A DNA stretch of 64,000 nucleotides from an uncultured delta proteobacterium (GTDB lineage: Bacteria > Myxococcota > Myxococcia > SLRQ01). Of the stretch, positions 51,970 to 61,183 are shown in pieces. The translations under genes were made by a program, and so were the position numbers. The DNA is taken from assembly GCA_963727485.1 (NCBI GenBank), contig CAVSGM010000002.1, forward strand, positions 1,056,001 through 1,120,000, read 5' to 3'. The notes beneath the pieces are model-generated. The model worked only from the letters and a program-made list of their open reading frames with translations, was not told the DNA's origin and did not search any database. How positions within the stretch are numbered: position 1 is the stretch's first letter; every line of letters begins with the position of its first letter.

Positions 51970-53211
51970 CTAGCGGCGCGCGGGGACGGCGGGAAAGAGC
52001 CGGGGATCGGTGAGGGCCCGGTCGAGGAGGAGGGTGGCGGCGCCGATGGCCGAGGTGCGCGCCCCCAGCTCGCTGACCACCAGGCGCGAGACCTCCACCG
52101 AGGAGATCAGGGTGCGGGCGTGGACCACCTGGCGCATGGGCTCGAGGAGCCGCTCCCCGAGGCGCGCCAGCCCGCCGCCGAGGATCACCCGGGCGGGGTT
52201 CACCAGGTTGAGGAGGCCGGCGATCACCGTGCCCAGGTCCTCGGCGGCGCTGGCGACCACCTCCAGGGCCAGGGTGTCCCCGGCGAGGGCCGCGTCCTCG
52301 AGGTCGGCGAGGCTGAAGTCGCGCCCGGCCAGCACGCTGTCCGGGTGGGTGGCGAGGCGGTCCCGCGCCTGCTGCTTGAGCGCCGGGGCCCCGACCCGGG
52401 TGACCAGGCAGCCCCGGAGCCCGCAGCTGCACCGGGCGCCGTCGGGGTCGATGGACACGTGGCCCATCTCCCCGGCCATCCCCGCGGACCCCCGGTAGAT
52501 CTGGCCGTTGATGAAGAACCCGGCGCCGATGCCACTGGCGAGCTTCACGTAGACGAAGTCGTCGATGCCCCGGCCCGCGCCCCACCAGCGCTCGGCGAGC
52601 GCCCCGAGGTTGGCGTCGTTGTCGACCACCACCGGGACCCGGTAGCGCCGGCGCAGCCGGGCGCCGAGCTTCACCCCCCGCCACGCCGGGAGCACCACCT
52701 CGTTGAGGAGGTCGGGGTTCGCCGGGTCCACGGGGCTGGGGACCGACATCCCCACCCCCATCAGGCGCGTCCGCTTGCCGCCCCAGGTCGCCAGCGCCGC
52801 CGCCGCCAGGGCGTCGACCTGGGCGAGGGCACCCTTCGGGTCGTCGCGGACCGGGTGGCGGACCGTCTCCCAGGCGAGCACCCGCCCCCGGAGATCGGTG
52901 ACCACCGCCGCCACGTGGGTGGCGCCGAGGTCCACCCCCAGGATCACCGCGGCGGCGTCGTCGAACTCGAGGACGATGGGCCGGCGCCCGCCCCGGCTCT
53001 TGCCCGCGCCCACCTCCTGGACCAGGCCCAGGCCGAGGAGCTCCTCGACGATGAGGGAGACGGTGGAGCGGGACAGCGCCTTGCGCCGGGCGATCTCCGC
53101 CCGGGAGATGCGCCGCGCCTCCCAGATGAGCCGGAGGACCTCCGAGAGGTTCGGGCGCGGCGGCGGGGCGTCGGCGGCGCCGGGGCGCGCGGTCTTGGCG
53201 GCTTCGGCCAT
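51970..53211 (-). CDS. ROK family transcriptional repressor
   Basis: N-terminal HTH ISRAEIARRKALSRSTVS, GGRRP, DNDANLGALAE, GEMGH, CSCGLRGCL. Confidence 0.93.
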   Translation of the reverse strand: MAEAAKTARPGAADAPPPRPNLSEVLRLIWEARRISRAEIARRKALSRSTVSLIVEELLGLGLVQEVGAGKSRGGRRPIVLEFDDAAAVILGVDLGATHVAAVVTDLRGRVLAWETVRHPVRDDPKGALAQVDALAAAALATWGGKRTRLMGVGMSVPSPVDPANPDLLNEVVLPAWRGVKLGARLRRRYRVPVVVDNDANLGALAERWWGAGRGIDDFVYVKLASGIGAGFFINGQIYRGSAGMAGEMGHVSIDPDGARCSCGLRGCLVTRVGAPALKQQARDRLATHPDSVLAGRDFSLADLEDAALAGDTLALEVVASAAEDLGTVIAGLLNLVNPARVILGGGLARLGERLLEPMRQVVHARTLISSVEVSRLVVSELGARTSAIGAATLLLDRALTDPRLFPAVPARR

Positions 53212-53246
53212 GGGCTGGGCTCGTCCCGGGGTCGGGTGCGCCCCTC

Positions 53247-54635
53247 CTACCGGTGGAAGTAGAGGTTGTCCACGAACACCGTGCTCTTTGCGGTGGGCAG
53301 GGCCGAGAGGATGAGCTGCGCCAGGTGCCCCCGGGCGGTGAGGCCGGTGAAGGCGGTCAGCGGGATATCGAGGCGCGCCCAGTCGCCCTGGGTCAGGGCC
53401 GGGGTGGTGCCGGCGGTGAAGGCGAGCTCCTGCTCGCTGTCGTCGCCCCCACCGACCGCCCCGTCGGCGCCGAAGTCCACCAGCTTCACCCGGAAGGTGG
53501 TGGCGTTGGGGGTCCAGACGTCGAGGTGGAGGTAGCTCATGGCGCTGGCGTCGATGAGGTTGGCGCCGGTGAACTCGATGCCCACGAAGTCGAGGTTCGA
53601 GTACTGCTTCATCGGGTCGCCGTCGATGGTGACGTCGGTGAGGTCCGCGGCGCTCCAGCTGGTCCGCCAGGTGTCCACCGGGACGCCGGGGTAGGCGGTG
53701 GAGAGCAGGGAGATCACGTCGCTGGCCTTGGCGGTGGGCGCCGGCGGGGCGGCGGTGGGCGCGGTGGGCAGCTGGTCGACGACGTCGACGGTGAAGCGCC
53801 CGGGCACCGCCTTGCCGGCGAGCCTGGCGGTGACGGTCGCCTGCCCCAGGCCCACCGCCGTCACCTGGCCTTTGGCGTCGACGGTGGCCACCGAGGGGTC
53901 GGAGGAGGTGAAGCCGAAGAAGGCCCGGGCCGGCCCGCCGTTCTTCACGGTGCCGTCGACGGCGCGGACGGTGCCGTCGGCGTCGGTGTAGTGGAGGGTG
54001 AGGCCGGCGACCTGGGTGGTGCCCCCGACCACCAGGTGGGTGGTGGCGTCGGCGAGGGCGGGCTTCAGGTTCAACGAGGCGGTGGGCACCACGTCGAACT
54101 TCACCTCGTCGATCCACGCGGTGTAGGCGGTGGCGGTGGTGGCGACGTAGTAGAACATCCCCTTCTCGGTGGTGAGCTTCGCCGGGTCGGCGATGGGGAC
54201 CAGGTGATGGGTCCAGGTGGGGGTCACCGGGAGGTCGTAGACGGCGCTGCGGTAGGCCGAGGGGTCGGGGTCGAACTCGAGGCCGAAGCCGAGCTGGTCG
54301 AAGGTGGCCTTCCGGGAACCCATGATCCAGAAGGAGAGCGCCGTGGTCCGGGAGAGGTCCTGGGCGCTGCTGGCGAGGACCGCGCCGCCGGTGTAGCCCG
54401 GGGGGCCGGGGACCTCGAGGCGGATGGAGGCGGTCCCGGCATGGGCCCGGCCGGTGTCCACCGAGAGGGCGGTCTCCAGGGAGTACTGGAAGGGGTTCGG
54501 GGAGAACCCGGTGGCGAAGGCGTCGTCGAACACGACCACGCCCCGCTCCACCGGCGGCTCGTCGAAGCACCCGGTGCCCAGCAGCACCGGGAGCGTCGCC
54601 ACCAGGAGAAAGACGAGCCAGGAGGAGCGGGGCAT
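53247..54635 (-). CDS. Lipoprotein with CBM-like and Ig-like (Big_2) domains
   Basis: Lipobox GTGC; TSSDPSVATVD; C-terminal VISLLSTAY...LDFVGIEF..IDA..LHLDVWTP..LVDFGADG domain shared with the neighbour. Confidence 0.75.
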   Translation of the reverse strand: MPRSSWLVFLLVATLPVLLGTGCFDEPPVERGVVVFDDAFATGFSPNPFQYSLETALSVDTGRAHAGTASIRLEVPGPPGYTGGAVLASSAQDLSRTTALSFWIMGSRKATFDQLGFGLEFDPDPSAYRSAVYDLPVTPTWTHHLVPIADPAKLTTEKGMFYYVATTATAYTAWIDEVKFDVVPTASLNLKPALADATTHLVVGGTTQVAGLTLHYTDADGTVRAVDGTVKNGGPARAFFGFTSSDPSVATVDAKGQVTAVGLGQATVTARLAGKAVPGRFTVDVVDQLPTAPTAAPPAPTAKASDVISLLSTAYPGVPVDTWRTSWSAADLTDVTIDGDPMKQYSNLDFVGIEFTGANLIDASAMSYLHLDVWTPNATTFRVKLVDFGADGAVGGGDDSEQELAFTAGTTPALTQGDWARLDIPLTAFTGLTARGHLAQLILSALPTAKSTVFVDNLYFHR

Positions 54636-54648
54636 GGCAGCTCTCCGA

Positions 54649-57318
54649 CTACTTGTGGAAGTAGAGGTTGTCCACGTAGACGGTGGCCGAGCCGGTGGGC
54701 AGGGCCGAGAAGATGAGCTGCGCCAGGTGCTGCTGGTTGGCGAGCCCCGCGGCGACGAAGTCGCTCATGGGGATGTCGAGGCTCACCCAGCCGCCCTGGG
54801 TCACCGCCGGCGTGGTGGCGTCGGTGTAGGTGAGCTGGCCCTCGGTGTCGTCTCCGCCGCCAAAGGCGCCGTCGGCCCCGAAGTCCACCAGCTTGATGCT
54901 GAAGGAGGTGATGTTCGGGGTCCAGAGGTCCACGTGGAGGTAGGTGTAGCCGGTGGCATCGATGAGGTTGGCGCCGGTGAACTCGATGCCCACGAAGTCG
55001 AGGCCCGAGTACTCGATCATCGGCTCGGAGGCGATGGTGACCTGGTTGTAGGTCGCCGAGCTCCAGCTGGTCCTGAAGGTGTCCACCGGCACGTCGGTGT
55101 AGGCGCTGGAGAACAGCGAGATCACGTTGGCCTGGCTGGCGGTGGGCGCCGTCGGGGCGGTGGTGGGCGCCTGGGGTCCGGCGGACACGGTGATGGCGGC
55201 GCTGCCGGGGACGGTGACCCCGGCGACGGTGGCGGTGACGTCACAGGTCCCGGCGGCGACCCCGGTGACCACGCCGGTGGCGTCGACGGTGGCCACGGCG
55301 GGATCGCTGGAGGTGAGGTCGTACCAGCGGAAGCCCACGTTGTGCAGGGTCAGGTTCGGGACGGTGAAGACCACGGTGTTGGGCGCCGGATCGATGGCCG
55401 CGGTGCCCCCGGGGGCGACGGTGAGGCTGGGCCAGTTCACCACCGCGCCGGTGGGAGCGCCGAGGTTCGCGGACGAGAGGGTCTCGTACTGGATGTCGTC
55501 GAACCAGAGGGTGTAGGCGCCCTCGGTGGAGCCCTCGGCGAAGTGGAAGAGCCCGGTGAGCGCGCTCGCCTTCGACGGGTTGGGCAGCGGGATCACGTAC
55601 TGGACCCAGGTGGTGCCCACCGGCAGCGCGGTGAGCTCGGCGGCGGCGCTCACGTCCCCGTCGGCGGCGTTCCCCAGGCCGGCGACGTCGAGGGTCGCCG
55701 CCTGGCTGGCCTTCACCCAGAAGGTCAGGGCGTTGAACCCCGAGAGGTCCCGGGCGGGGCTGGCGACCAGGGCGCCGCCGGTGTAGTTCGTCGCCGGCAC
55801 CTCGACCTTGAGGCTGGCGGTGCCGCTGTGGTGCTCGGTGGTGTCCACGGTCACCACGTTGGTGGCCCCGCCGAAGTCGGCGAAGCTCACGTCGGGGGCG
55901 TAGTCGTCGGCGAAGACCACGCTGGTCGGCGGCGTGGCTGTGGCCACGGTCACGGCGGCGCTCCCGGGGACGGCGAGGGTGCCGAGCATGGCGGTGAGGT
56001 CCGAGGTGCCGTCGGCGACGGCGGTGACGAGGCCAGTGGCATCGACGGTGGCCACCGAGGTGTCACTGGAGGTGAGGTCGAACCAGCGGAAGCCCACCTT
56101 CGACAGGGTCTCGGCGGGGGTGGCGTAGGTGACGGTGTTGCCCGCGGGGTCGAGGCTCGCGGTGTCCGCCGGCGCCAGGGTGAGGTCGGCCCAGCCGATG
56201 GTGGCGGCGGTGGCGGCGGCGAGGTCGGCGGGGGCCAGGGTCTGGTAGGCGATGTCGTCGAACCAGAGGGTGTAGGCGCCCTCGGTGGAGCCCTCGGCGA
56301 AGTGGAAGAGGCCGGCGATGGCGCTGGCCTTCGCCGGGTTGGGCAGGGGGATGACGACCTCGGTCCAGCCGGTGGTCACCGGGACGCTCGCCAGCTCCGC
56401 CGAGTAGGGGGCGTTGCCGCTGGCGTCGTTGCCCAGGCCGGCGACGTCGAGGGTCGCCGCCTGGCTCCCCTTGACCCAGAAGGTGAGGGCGTTGAAGCCG
56501 GTGAGGTCCCGGGGGCTCGAGGCCACCAGGGCGCCGCCGGTGTAGTTCGCCGCCGGCACCTCGACCTTGAGGCTGGCGGTGCCGCTGTGGTGCTCGGTGG
56601 TGTCCACGGTCACCGCGTTGGTGGCCCCGCCGAAGTCGGCGAAGCTCACGTCGGGGGCGTAGTCGTCGGTGAACACGGCCCCGGGGACCACGGCGCCGCT
56701 GACGGTGACGTCGCTTCCGGCGGTGAGCCCGGAGGCGGTCTCGGTGGCGGTGATGGTGGCGGTCCCGGCGCCGGCGGCGGTGACGAGGCCGGTGGCGCTG
56801 ACGGTGGCCACGGTGTCGTCGGAGCTGGCGAAGGTGACGCCGGTGGTGAGGGTGGCGGTGGAGGCGTCGCTGTAGGTACCGGTGACGGTGAGCTGCTGGG
56901 TGTCGCCGGCGGTGAGGGTGACGGTGGCGGGGGCCACGGCGATGGCGGTGAGGCTCGGGGGCGGCGGCGCGGTCACCTCCACCGAGGCGGTGGCGGTCTT
57001 CCCCGAGGCGGTGGCGGTGAGGGTGGTGGTGCCCTCGGCGGCGGCGGTGACCAGGCCCGAGGCGCTCACCGTGGCCACGGTGGCGTCCGCGCTCTGCCAG
57101 GTCACCCCGGAGGTGATCGGCGAGACCGAGCCGTCACTGTAGGTGCCGGTGACGGTGAGCTGCCGGGTCGCGGCGATCTCGAGGGTGAGGGTGGCCGGGG
57201 TGACGGCGATGCTCGTGAGGGTCGGGCTGGGGGTGGGGCTGGGCCCGCAGGCGGCGACGCCGAAGGCGGATACCAGGACCAGGGACCACAGGGACCAGTG
57301 GGACCGAAGGCTGTTCAT
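54649..57318 (-). CDS. Multi-domain lipoprotein: Big_2 Ig repeats + duplicated CBM-like module + C-terminal CBM-like domain
   Basis: GGAG RBS, lipobox VAAC; LTSIAVTPA...VATVSASGLVT Big_2 repeats; duplicated VFxDDYAPDVSFADFGG module. Confidence 0.8.
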   Translation of the reverse strand: MNSLRSHWSLWSLVLVSAFGVAACGPSPTPSPTLTSIAVTPATLTLEIAATRQLTVTGTYSDGSVSPITSGVTWQSADATVATVSASGLVTAAAEGTTTLTATASGKTATASVEVTAPPPPSLTAIAVAPATVTLTAGDTQQLTVTGTYSDASTATLTTGVTFASSDDTVATVSATGLVTAAGAGTATITATETASGLTAGSDVTVSGAVVPGAVFTDDYAPDVSFADFGGATNAVTVDTTEHHSGTASLKVEVPAANYTGGALVASSPRDLTGFNALTFWVKGSQAATLDVAGLGNDASGNAPYSAELASVPVTTGWTEVVIPLPNPAKASAIAGLFHFAEGSTEGAYTLWFDDIAYQTLAPADLAAATAATIGWADLTLAPADTASLDPAGNTVTYATPAETLSKVGFRWFDLTSSDTSVATVDATGLVTAVADGTSDLTAMLGTLAVPGSAAVTVATATPPTSVVFADDYAPDVSFADFGGATNVVTVDTTEHHSGTASLKVEVPATNYTGGALVASPARDLSGFNALTFWVKASQAATLDVAGLGNAADGDVSAAAELTALPVGTTWVQYVIPLPNPSKASALTGLFHFAEGSTEGAYTLWFDDIQYETLSSANLGAPTGAVVNWPSLTVAPGGTAAIDPAPNTVVFTVPNLTLHNVGFRWYDLTSSDPAVATVDATGVVTGVAAGTCDVTATVAGVTVPGSAAITVSAGPQAPTTAPTAPTASQANVISLFSSAYTDVPVDTFRTSWSSATYNQVTIASEPMIEYSGLDFVGIEFTGANLIDATGYTYLHVDLWTPNITSFSIKLVDFGADGAFGGGDDTEGQLTYTDATTPAVTQGGWVSLDIPMSDFVAAGLANQQHLAQLIFSALPTGSATVYVDNLYFHK
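55190..56676 (-). repeat. Intragenic tandem duplication (~0.76 kb period)
   Basis: Near-identical DNA, e.g. GCCGAAGTCGGCGAAGCTCACGTCGGGGGCGTAGTCGTCGG at ~55870 and ~56630. Confidence 0.85.
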
Positions 57319-57401
57319 GTCCTCTCCTCTGCGACACGCGCGCCCGCCGACGCGGGCCTTGGGTCTCGGGGACCCTCGGAGACGCGCTGCCCCCCGGCCC
57401 C

Positions 57402-57453
57402 TTGACTTTGTTTGTACGTCGAACAAACTAATGAACGACAGGTCCTCTGTCAA
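57402..57453. promoter_or_regulatory. Divergent promoter region with a second putative ROK operator
   Basis: TTGACTTTGTTTGTACGTCGAACAAACTAA 57402-57431; minus-strand TTGACA (57453-57448)-17 nt-TAGTTT (57430-57425). Confidence 0.78.
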
Positions 57454-57508
57454 TCGTCGTCGCGCCGCGCCGGCGGGCGAGGACCCAGCCCGCCAGGGAG
57501 GCACGGAC

Positions 57509-60500
57509 ATGGACGGCACCGGACGCATCCACTACGGCGCGGGCCCGATGCCCCCCAACGCCCCCGGGGCGACCGGCGCCCTGGTCGAGGCCCACGGTGA
57601 GGCGGGCTACCGCATCGAGCAGGTGGAGGCCCTGGCGCCGTTCCTGGTGACGGTGGTCAGCGACTCGGACCTCTGGCTCTTCGCCGCCAGCAACGGGGCG
57701 CTGACCTGCGGGCGGGTGAGCCCGGCCACCGCCCTCTTCCCCTACGTCACCGAGGACAAGCTCTACGACGCCGCCGGGACCACCGGGCCGGTGACCGCCC
57801 TGCGGGTCACCCGGGGCGGGCGCACCGCCCTCTGGCATCCCTTCGACGACGCCGACCGCCGGGTGTGGCGCGTCCGCCGGCGCCTGTTCAAGAACCTCCT
57901 GGGGACCCACCTGGTCTACGAGGAGGAGAACCTCGACCTCGGCCTGCGCTTCACCGCCGGGTGGCGGCCCGCGGACCGCTACGGCTTCCTGCGCACCGCG
58001 ACCCTCGAGAACCTCGGGGACGACGCCACCGAGGTGGCCCTCCTCGACGGCCTGGTGAACCTGATGCCCGGGGACGCCGACGAGCAGCTCCAGCGCGAGT
58101 CCAGCGTCCTCCTCGACGCCTACAAGGAGGCCGAGCGCCTCGCCGGCTCGACCCTCGCCGTCTACACCCTGGCGGCCCAGCCGGTGGATCGCCCGGAGCC
58201 CAGGGAGGCCCTCCACGCCACCACCGTGTGGCAGGCCGGCCTCGAGGGCGCCCGGATCCACCTCGACGCCGGGGTCCGCCCGGCCTTCGACCGGGGACAC
58301 GCCCCCACCCCCCCGGCGGCGACCCGGGGGCGGCGCGGCGCCTACCTCGCCGAGGCCCGCCTGGCCCTCCCGGCCGGCGGGCGCCACACCTGGGGGATGG
58401 TCGCGGACGTGGCGCGGACCCAGGGGCAGGTCGCCGGCCTCCGCGCCGCCCTCACGGATCCCGAGGCCCTCCTCGCCGAGGTCCGCGCCGACGCCGCCCG
58501 GGGCGCCGAGCGGGTGGCGCGCCTGGTCGCCGCCACCGACGGCCGGCAGCTTACCGCCGACGCCCTGGCCTCGGCCCACCACCAGTCCAACGTCCTGTTC
58601 AACGACCTGCGCGGCGGGGTCTACGCCGAGGGCCAGGCGATCCCCGGCGCCGACTTCGCCGCCTTCGTCGGGGCGATGAACCGCACGGTCCTCGCCCGCC
58701 ACCGCGCCCGCCTCGAGGCGCTCCCCGAGCGCCAGCCCCGGGCCGCCTTCGAGGCGGCGATGGCCGAGGTGGGCGACGTGGACCTGGCGCGCCTCGCCGC
58801 CGAGTACCTGCCGCTCACCTTCGGCCGGCGCCACGGGGATCCCAGCCGCCCCTGGAACCGCTTCGAGATCCGGGTCCAGGACGCCACCGGCGCCCCGGTC
58901 CTCGACTACCAGGGCAACTGGCGCGACGTGTTCCAGAACTGGGAGGCCCTGTCCCAAAGCTTCCCCGGCTTCGCCGAGCAGATCCTCACCCGCTTCGTCG
59001 ACGCCTCCACCGCCGACGGCCACAACCCCTACCGGATCGGCCGGTTCGGGGTGGACTGGGAGGTCCCGGAGCCGGACCACCCCTGGAGCACCATCGGCTA
59101 CTGGGGCGACCACCAGGTGGTCTACCTGCTGCGCCTCCTCGAGCTCTCGCTGGCCCACCACCCGGACCGCGTCCCCGCCCTCCTCGAGGCCCGGCGCTTC
59201 ACCTACGCCGACGTGCCCTACCGGTTCCGGCCCTTCGACGAGATCCTCGCCCACCCCCGGGACACCCTGGTCTTCGACGCCGAGCGCCACCAGCGGATCC
59301 TCGAGCGGGTCGCGGCCCTCGGCGGCGACGGGCGCCTGCTCCCGGGCCCCGACGGACCGGTGAAGGTCACCCTGGTGGAGAAGCTGTTGGTCCCGGCCCT
59401 GGCCAAGCTCTCGAACCTGGTCCCCGGCGCGGGGATCTGGATGAACACCCAGCGGCCCGAGTGGAACGACGCCAACAACGCGCTTTCGGGCTACGGGGTC
59501 AGCGCGGTCACCCTCTGCCACCTCGACCGCTACCTCGAGGTCCTCGAGGGGCTCCTCGGCCCCCGGGCCGGCTCCCGGACGCCCCTGTCCCGGGAGGTGG
59601 CCAGGTGGCTCGAGGGGGTCCACGAGGTCCTCGGCGCCCACCGGGCGGTGGCCTACGCCGAGGCGGTGGACGACGCGGCCCGGGGCGCGGTGATGGTCGC
59701 CCTGGGCCGGGTCGCCGCCGACTACCGCGCCCGGGTCTACCCCCAGGGCTTCTCGGGGACCGACCTGGTGCCGGTGGAGGCGATCCTCGATCTCCTCCAG
59801 GTGGCCCGGGTCTTCCTGGCCCAGGCGATCCGCCTCGCCCGGCGCCCCGACGGCCTCTTCCACGCCTACCAGGTGCTGGTGCCCCGGGGGCCGGGCCTCG
59901 GCTTCGGCCTGGAGACGCTGCCGGAGATGCTCGAGGGGCAGGTGGCGGCGCTGGCCACCACCACCGTCGACGACCAGACCGCCTGCACCCTCCTCGACGC
60001 CCTCTTCGCCAGCCGCCTCTACCGCGCCGACCAGGGGAGCTTCCTCCTCTACCCGGACCGGCGCCTCCCCACGTTCCTGGAGAAGAACGGGGTGCCCGAG
60101 GCCACGGTCGCCGCCTCCCCGGTCCTCACCCGGTGCCTCGCCGAGGGCGACGGACGGATCCTCCGCCGGGACCCCACCGGGACGGTGCGCTTCGCCCCCC
60201 AGCTGGTGAACGCCGCGGCGGTGGCGGCGACCCTCGACGACCCGGACCGGCCCGGGCCCGCCCTCGGGGAGGCCGAGCGCGCCGAGGTCCTCGCCGCCTA
60301 CGAGGCGGTGTTCCACCACCGGGCCTTCACCGGGCGCAGCGGCACCATGTTCGCCTACGAGGGCCTGGGGAGCATCTACTGGCACATGGTGGGCAAGCTG
60401 CTGCTCGCGGTGCAGCGACGCTTCGTGGACGCCGCCGAGCGCGGGGCGTCCCCGGCGCTCCTCGACCGCTTCGCCGGCCACTACCTGGCGATCCGCGCCG

Positions 60501-60988
60501 GCCTCGGGGGCGTGTACAAGACCCCGGCCGAGTGGGGCGCCTTCCCGGTGGACGCCTACTCCCACACCCCCGCCGGTGGCGGCGCCCGGCAGCCGGGGAT
60601 GACCGGCCAGGTGAAGGAGGCGATCCTCGCCCGCCTCGGGGAGCTGGGGGTGGTGGTGGCCGACGGGCATCTGGCCTTCCGGCCAAGGCTCCTGCGCCGG
60701 TCGGAGGCCCTCGAGGCGCCGGCGACGCTCGAGGTGGTCGGCGTCGACGGGAAGACCGAGCGCCTCGCCCTCGGCGCCGGGGACCTGGCGTTCACGATCT
60801 GCCAGGTGCCGGTGATCTACCACCTGGGCGAGGCCCGACGGATCGCGGTGGTCGGCGCCGACGGCCAGGTCCGGACCCTCGACGGCGACCGCCTGGGCCG
60901 GCGGACCTCCCAGGCGATCTTCGGCCGGAGCGGGTCGGTGCGGCGCCTGGAGGTGTGGACGGGCGCGGGTCTTCCCCCGGGCACCTGA
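57509..60988 (+). CDS. GH149-type beta-1,3-glucan phosphorylase
   Basis: YLPLTFGRRHGDPSRPWNRF, YQGNWRDVFQNWEAL, GIWMNTQRPEWNDANNAL, YEGLGSIYWHM, YSHTP..QPGMTGQVKE; ~1160 aa; no signal peptide. Confidence 0.85.
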   Translation: MDGTGRIHYGAGPMPPNAPGATGALVEAHGEAGYRIEQVEALAPFLVTVVSDSDLWLFAASNGALTCGRVSPATALFPYVTEDKLYDAAGTTGPVTALRVTRGGRTALWHPFDDADRRVWRVRRRLFKNLLGTHLVYEEENLDLGLRFTAGWRPADRYGFLRTATLENLGDDATEVALLDGLVNLMPGDADEQLQRESSVLLDAYKEAERLAGSTLAVYTLAAQPVDRPEPREALHATTVWQAGLEGARIHLDAGVRPAFDRGHAPTPPAATRGRRGAYLAEARLALPAGGRHTWGMVADVARTQGQVAGLRAALTDPEALLAEVRADAARGAERVARLVAATDGRQLTADALASAHHQSNVLFNDLRGGVYAEGQAIPGADFAAFVGAMNRTVLARHRARLEALPERQPRAAFEAAMAEVGDVDLARLAAEYLPLTFGRRHGDPSRPWNRFEIRVQDATGAPVLDYQGNWRDVFQNWEALSQSFPGFAEQILTRFVDASTADGHNPYRIGRFGVDWEVPEPDHPWSTIGYWGDHQVVYLLRLLELSLAHHPDRVPALLEARRFTYADVPYRFRPFDEILAHPRDTLVFDAERHQRILERVAALGGDGRLLPGPDGPVKVTLVEKLLVPALAKLSNLVPGAGIWMNTQRPEWNDANNALSGYGVSAVTLCHLDRYLEVLEGLLGPRAGSRTPLSREVARWLEGVHEVLGAHRAVAYAEAVDDAARGAVMVALGRVAADYRARVYPQGFSGTDLVPVEAILDLLQVARVFLAQAIRLARRPDGLFHAYQVLVPRGPGLGFGLETLPEMLEGQVAALATTTVDDQTACTLLDALFASRLYRADQGSFLLYPDRRLPTFLEKNGVPEATVAASPVLTRCLAEGDGRILRRDPTGTVRFAPQLVNAAAVAATLDDPDRPGPALGEAERAEVLAAYEAVFHHRAFTGRSGTMFAYEGLGSIYWHMVGKLLLAVQRRFVDAAERGASPALLDRFAGHYLAIRAGLGGVYKTPAEWGAFPVDAYSHTPAGGGARQPGMTGQVKEAILARLGELGVVVADGHLAFRPRLLRRSEALEAPATLEVVGVDGKTERLALGAGDLAFTICQVPVIYHLGEARRIAVVGADGQVRTLDGDRLGRRTSQAIFGRSGSVRRLEVWTGAGLPPGT

Positions 60989-61183
60989 CGGGCGGTCGAC
61001 CGGCGGTGGGTTGCCACCGCCGGCCGCCGCGCGGGTCTGGACCACGCCCCCGTGGCTCGCAGCCCCTGCAGTGTAGCCCACCGGACCGGCGACGCCATCC
61101 CCCCAAGCCGGGGTTTGAGGGCGGCGCCACCGGTGATAAGGGTCGGGTCCGGGAGGCCGGCTCGGAGCCGCCACTCCACGACG

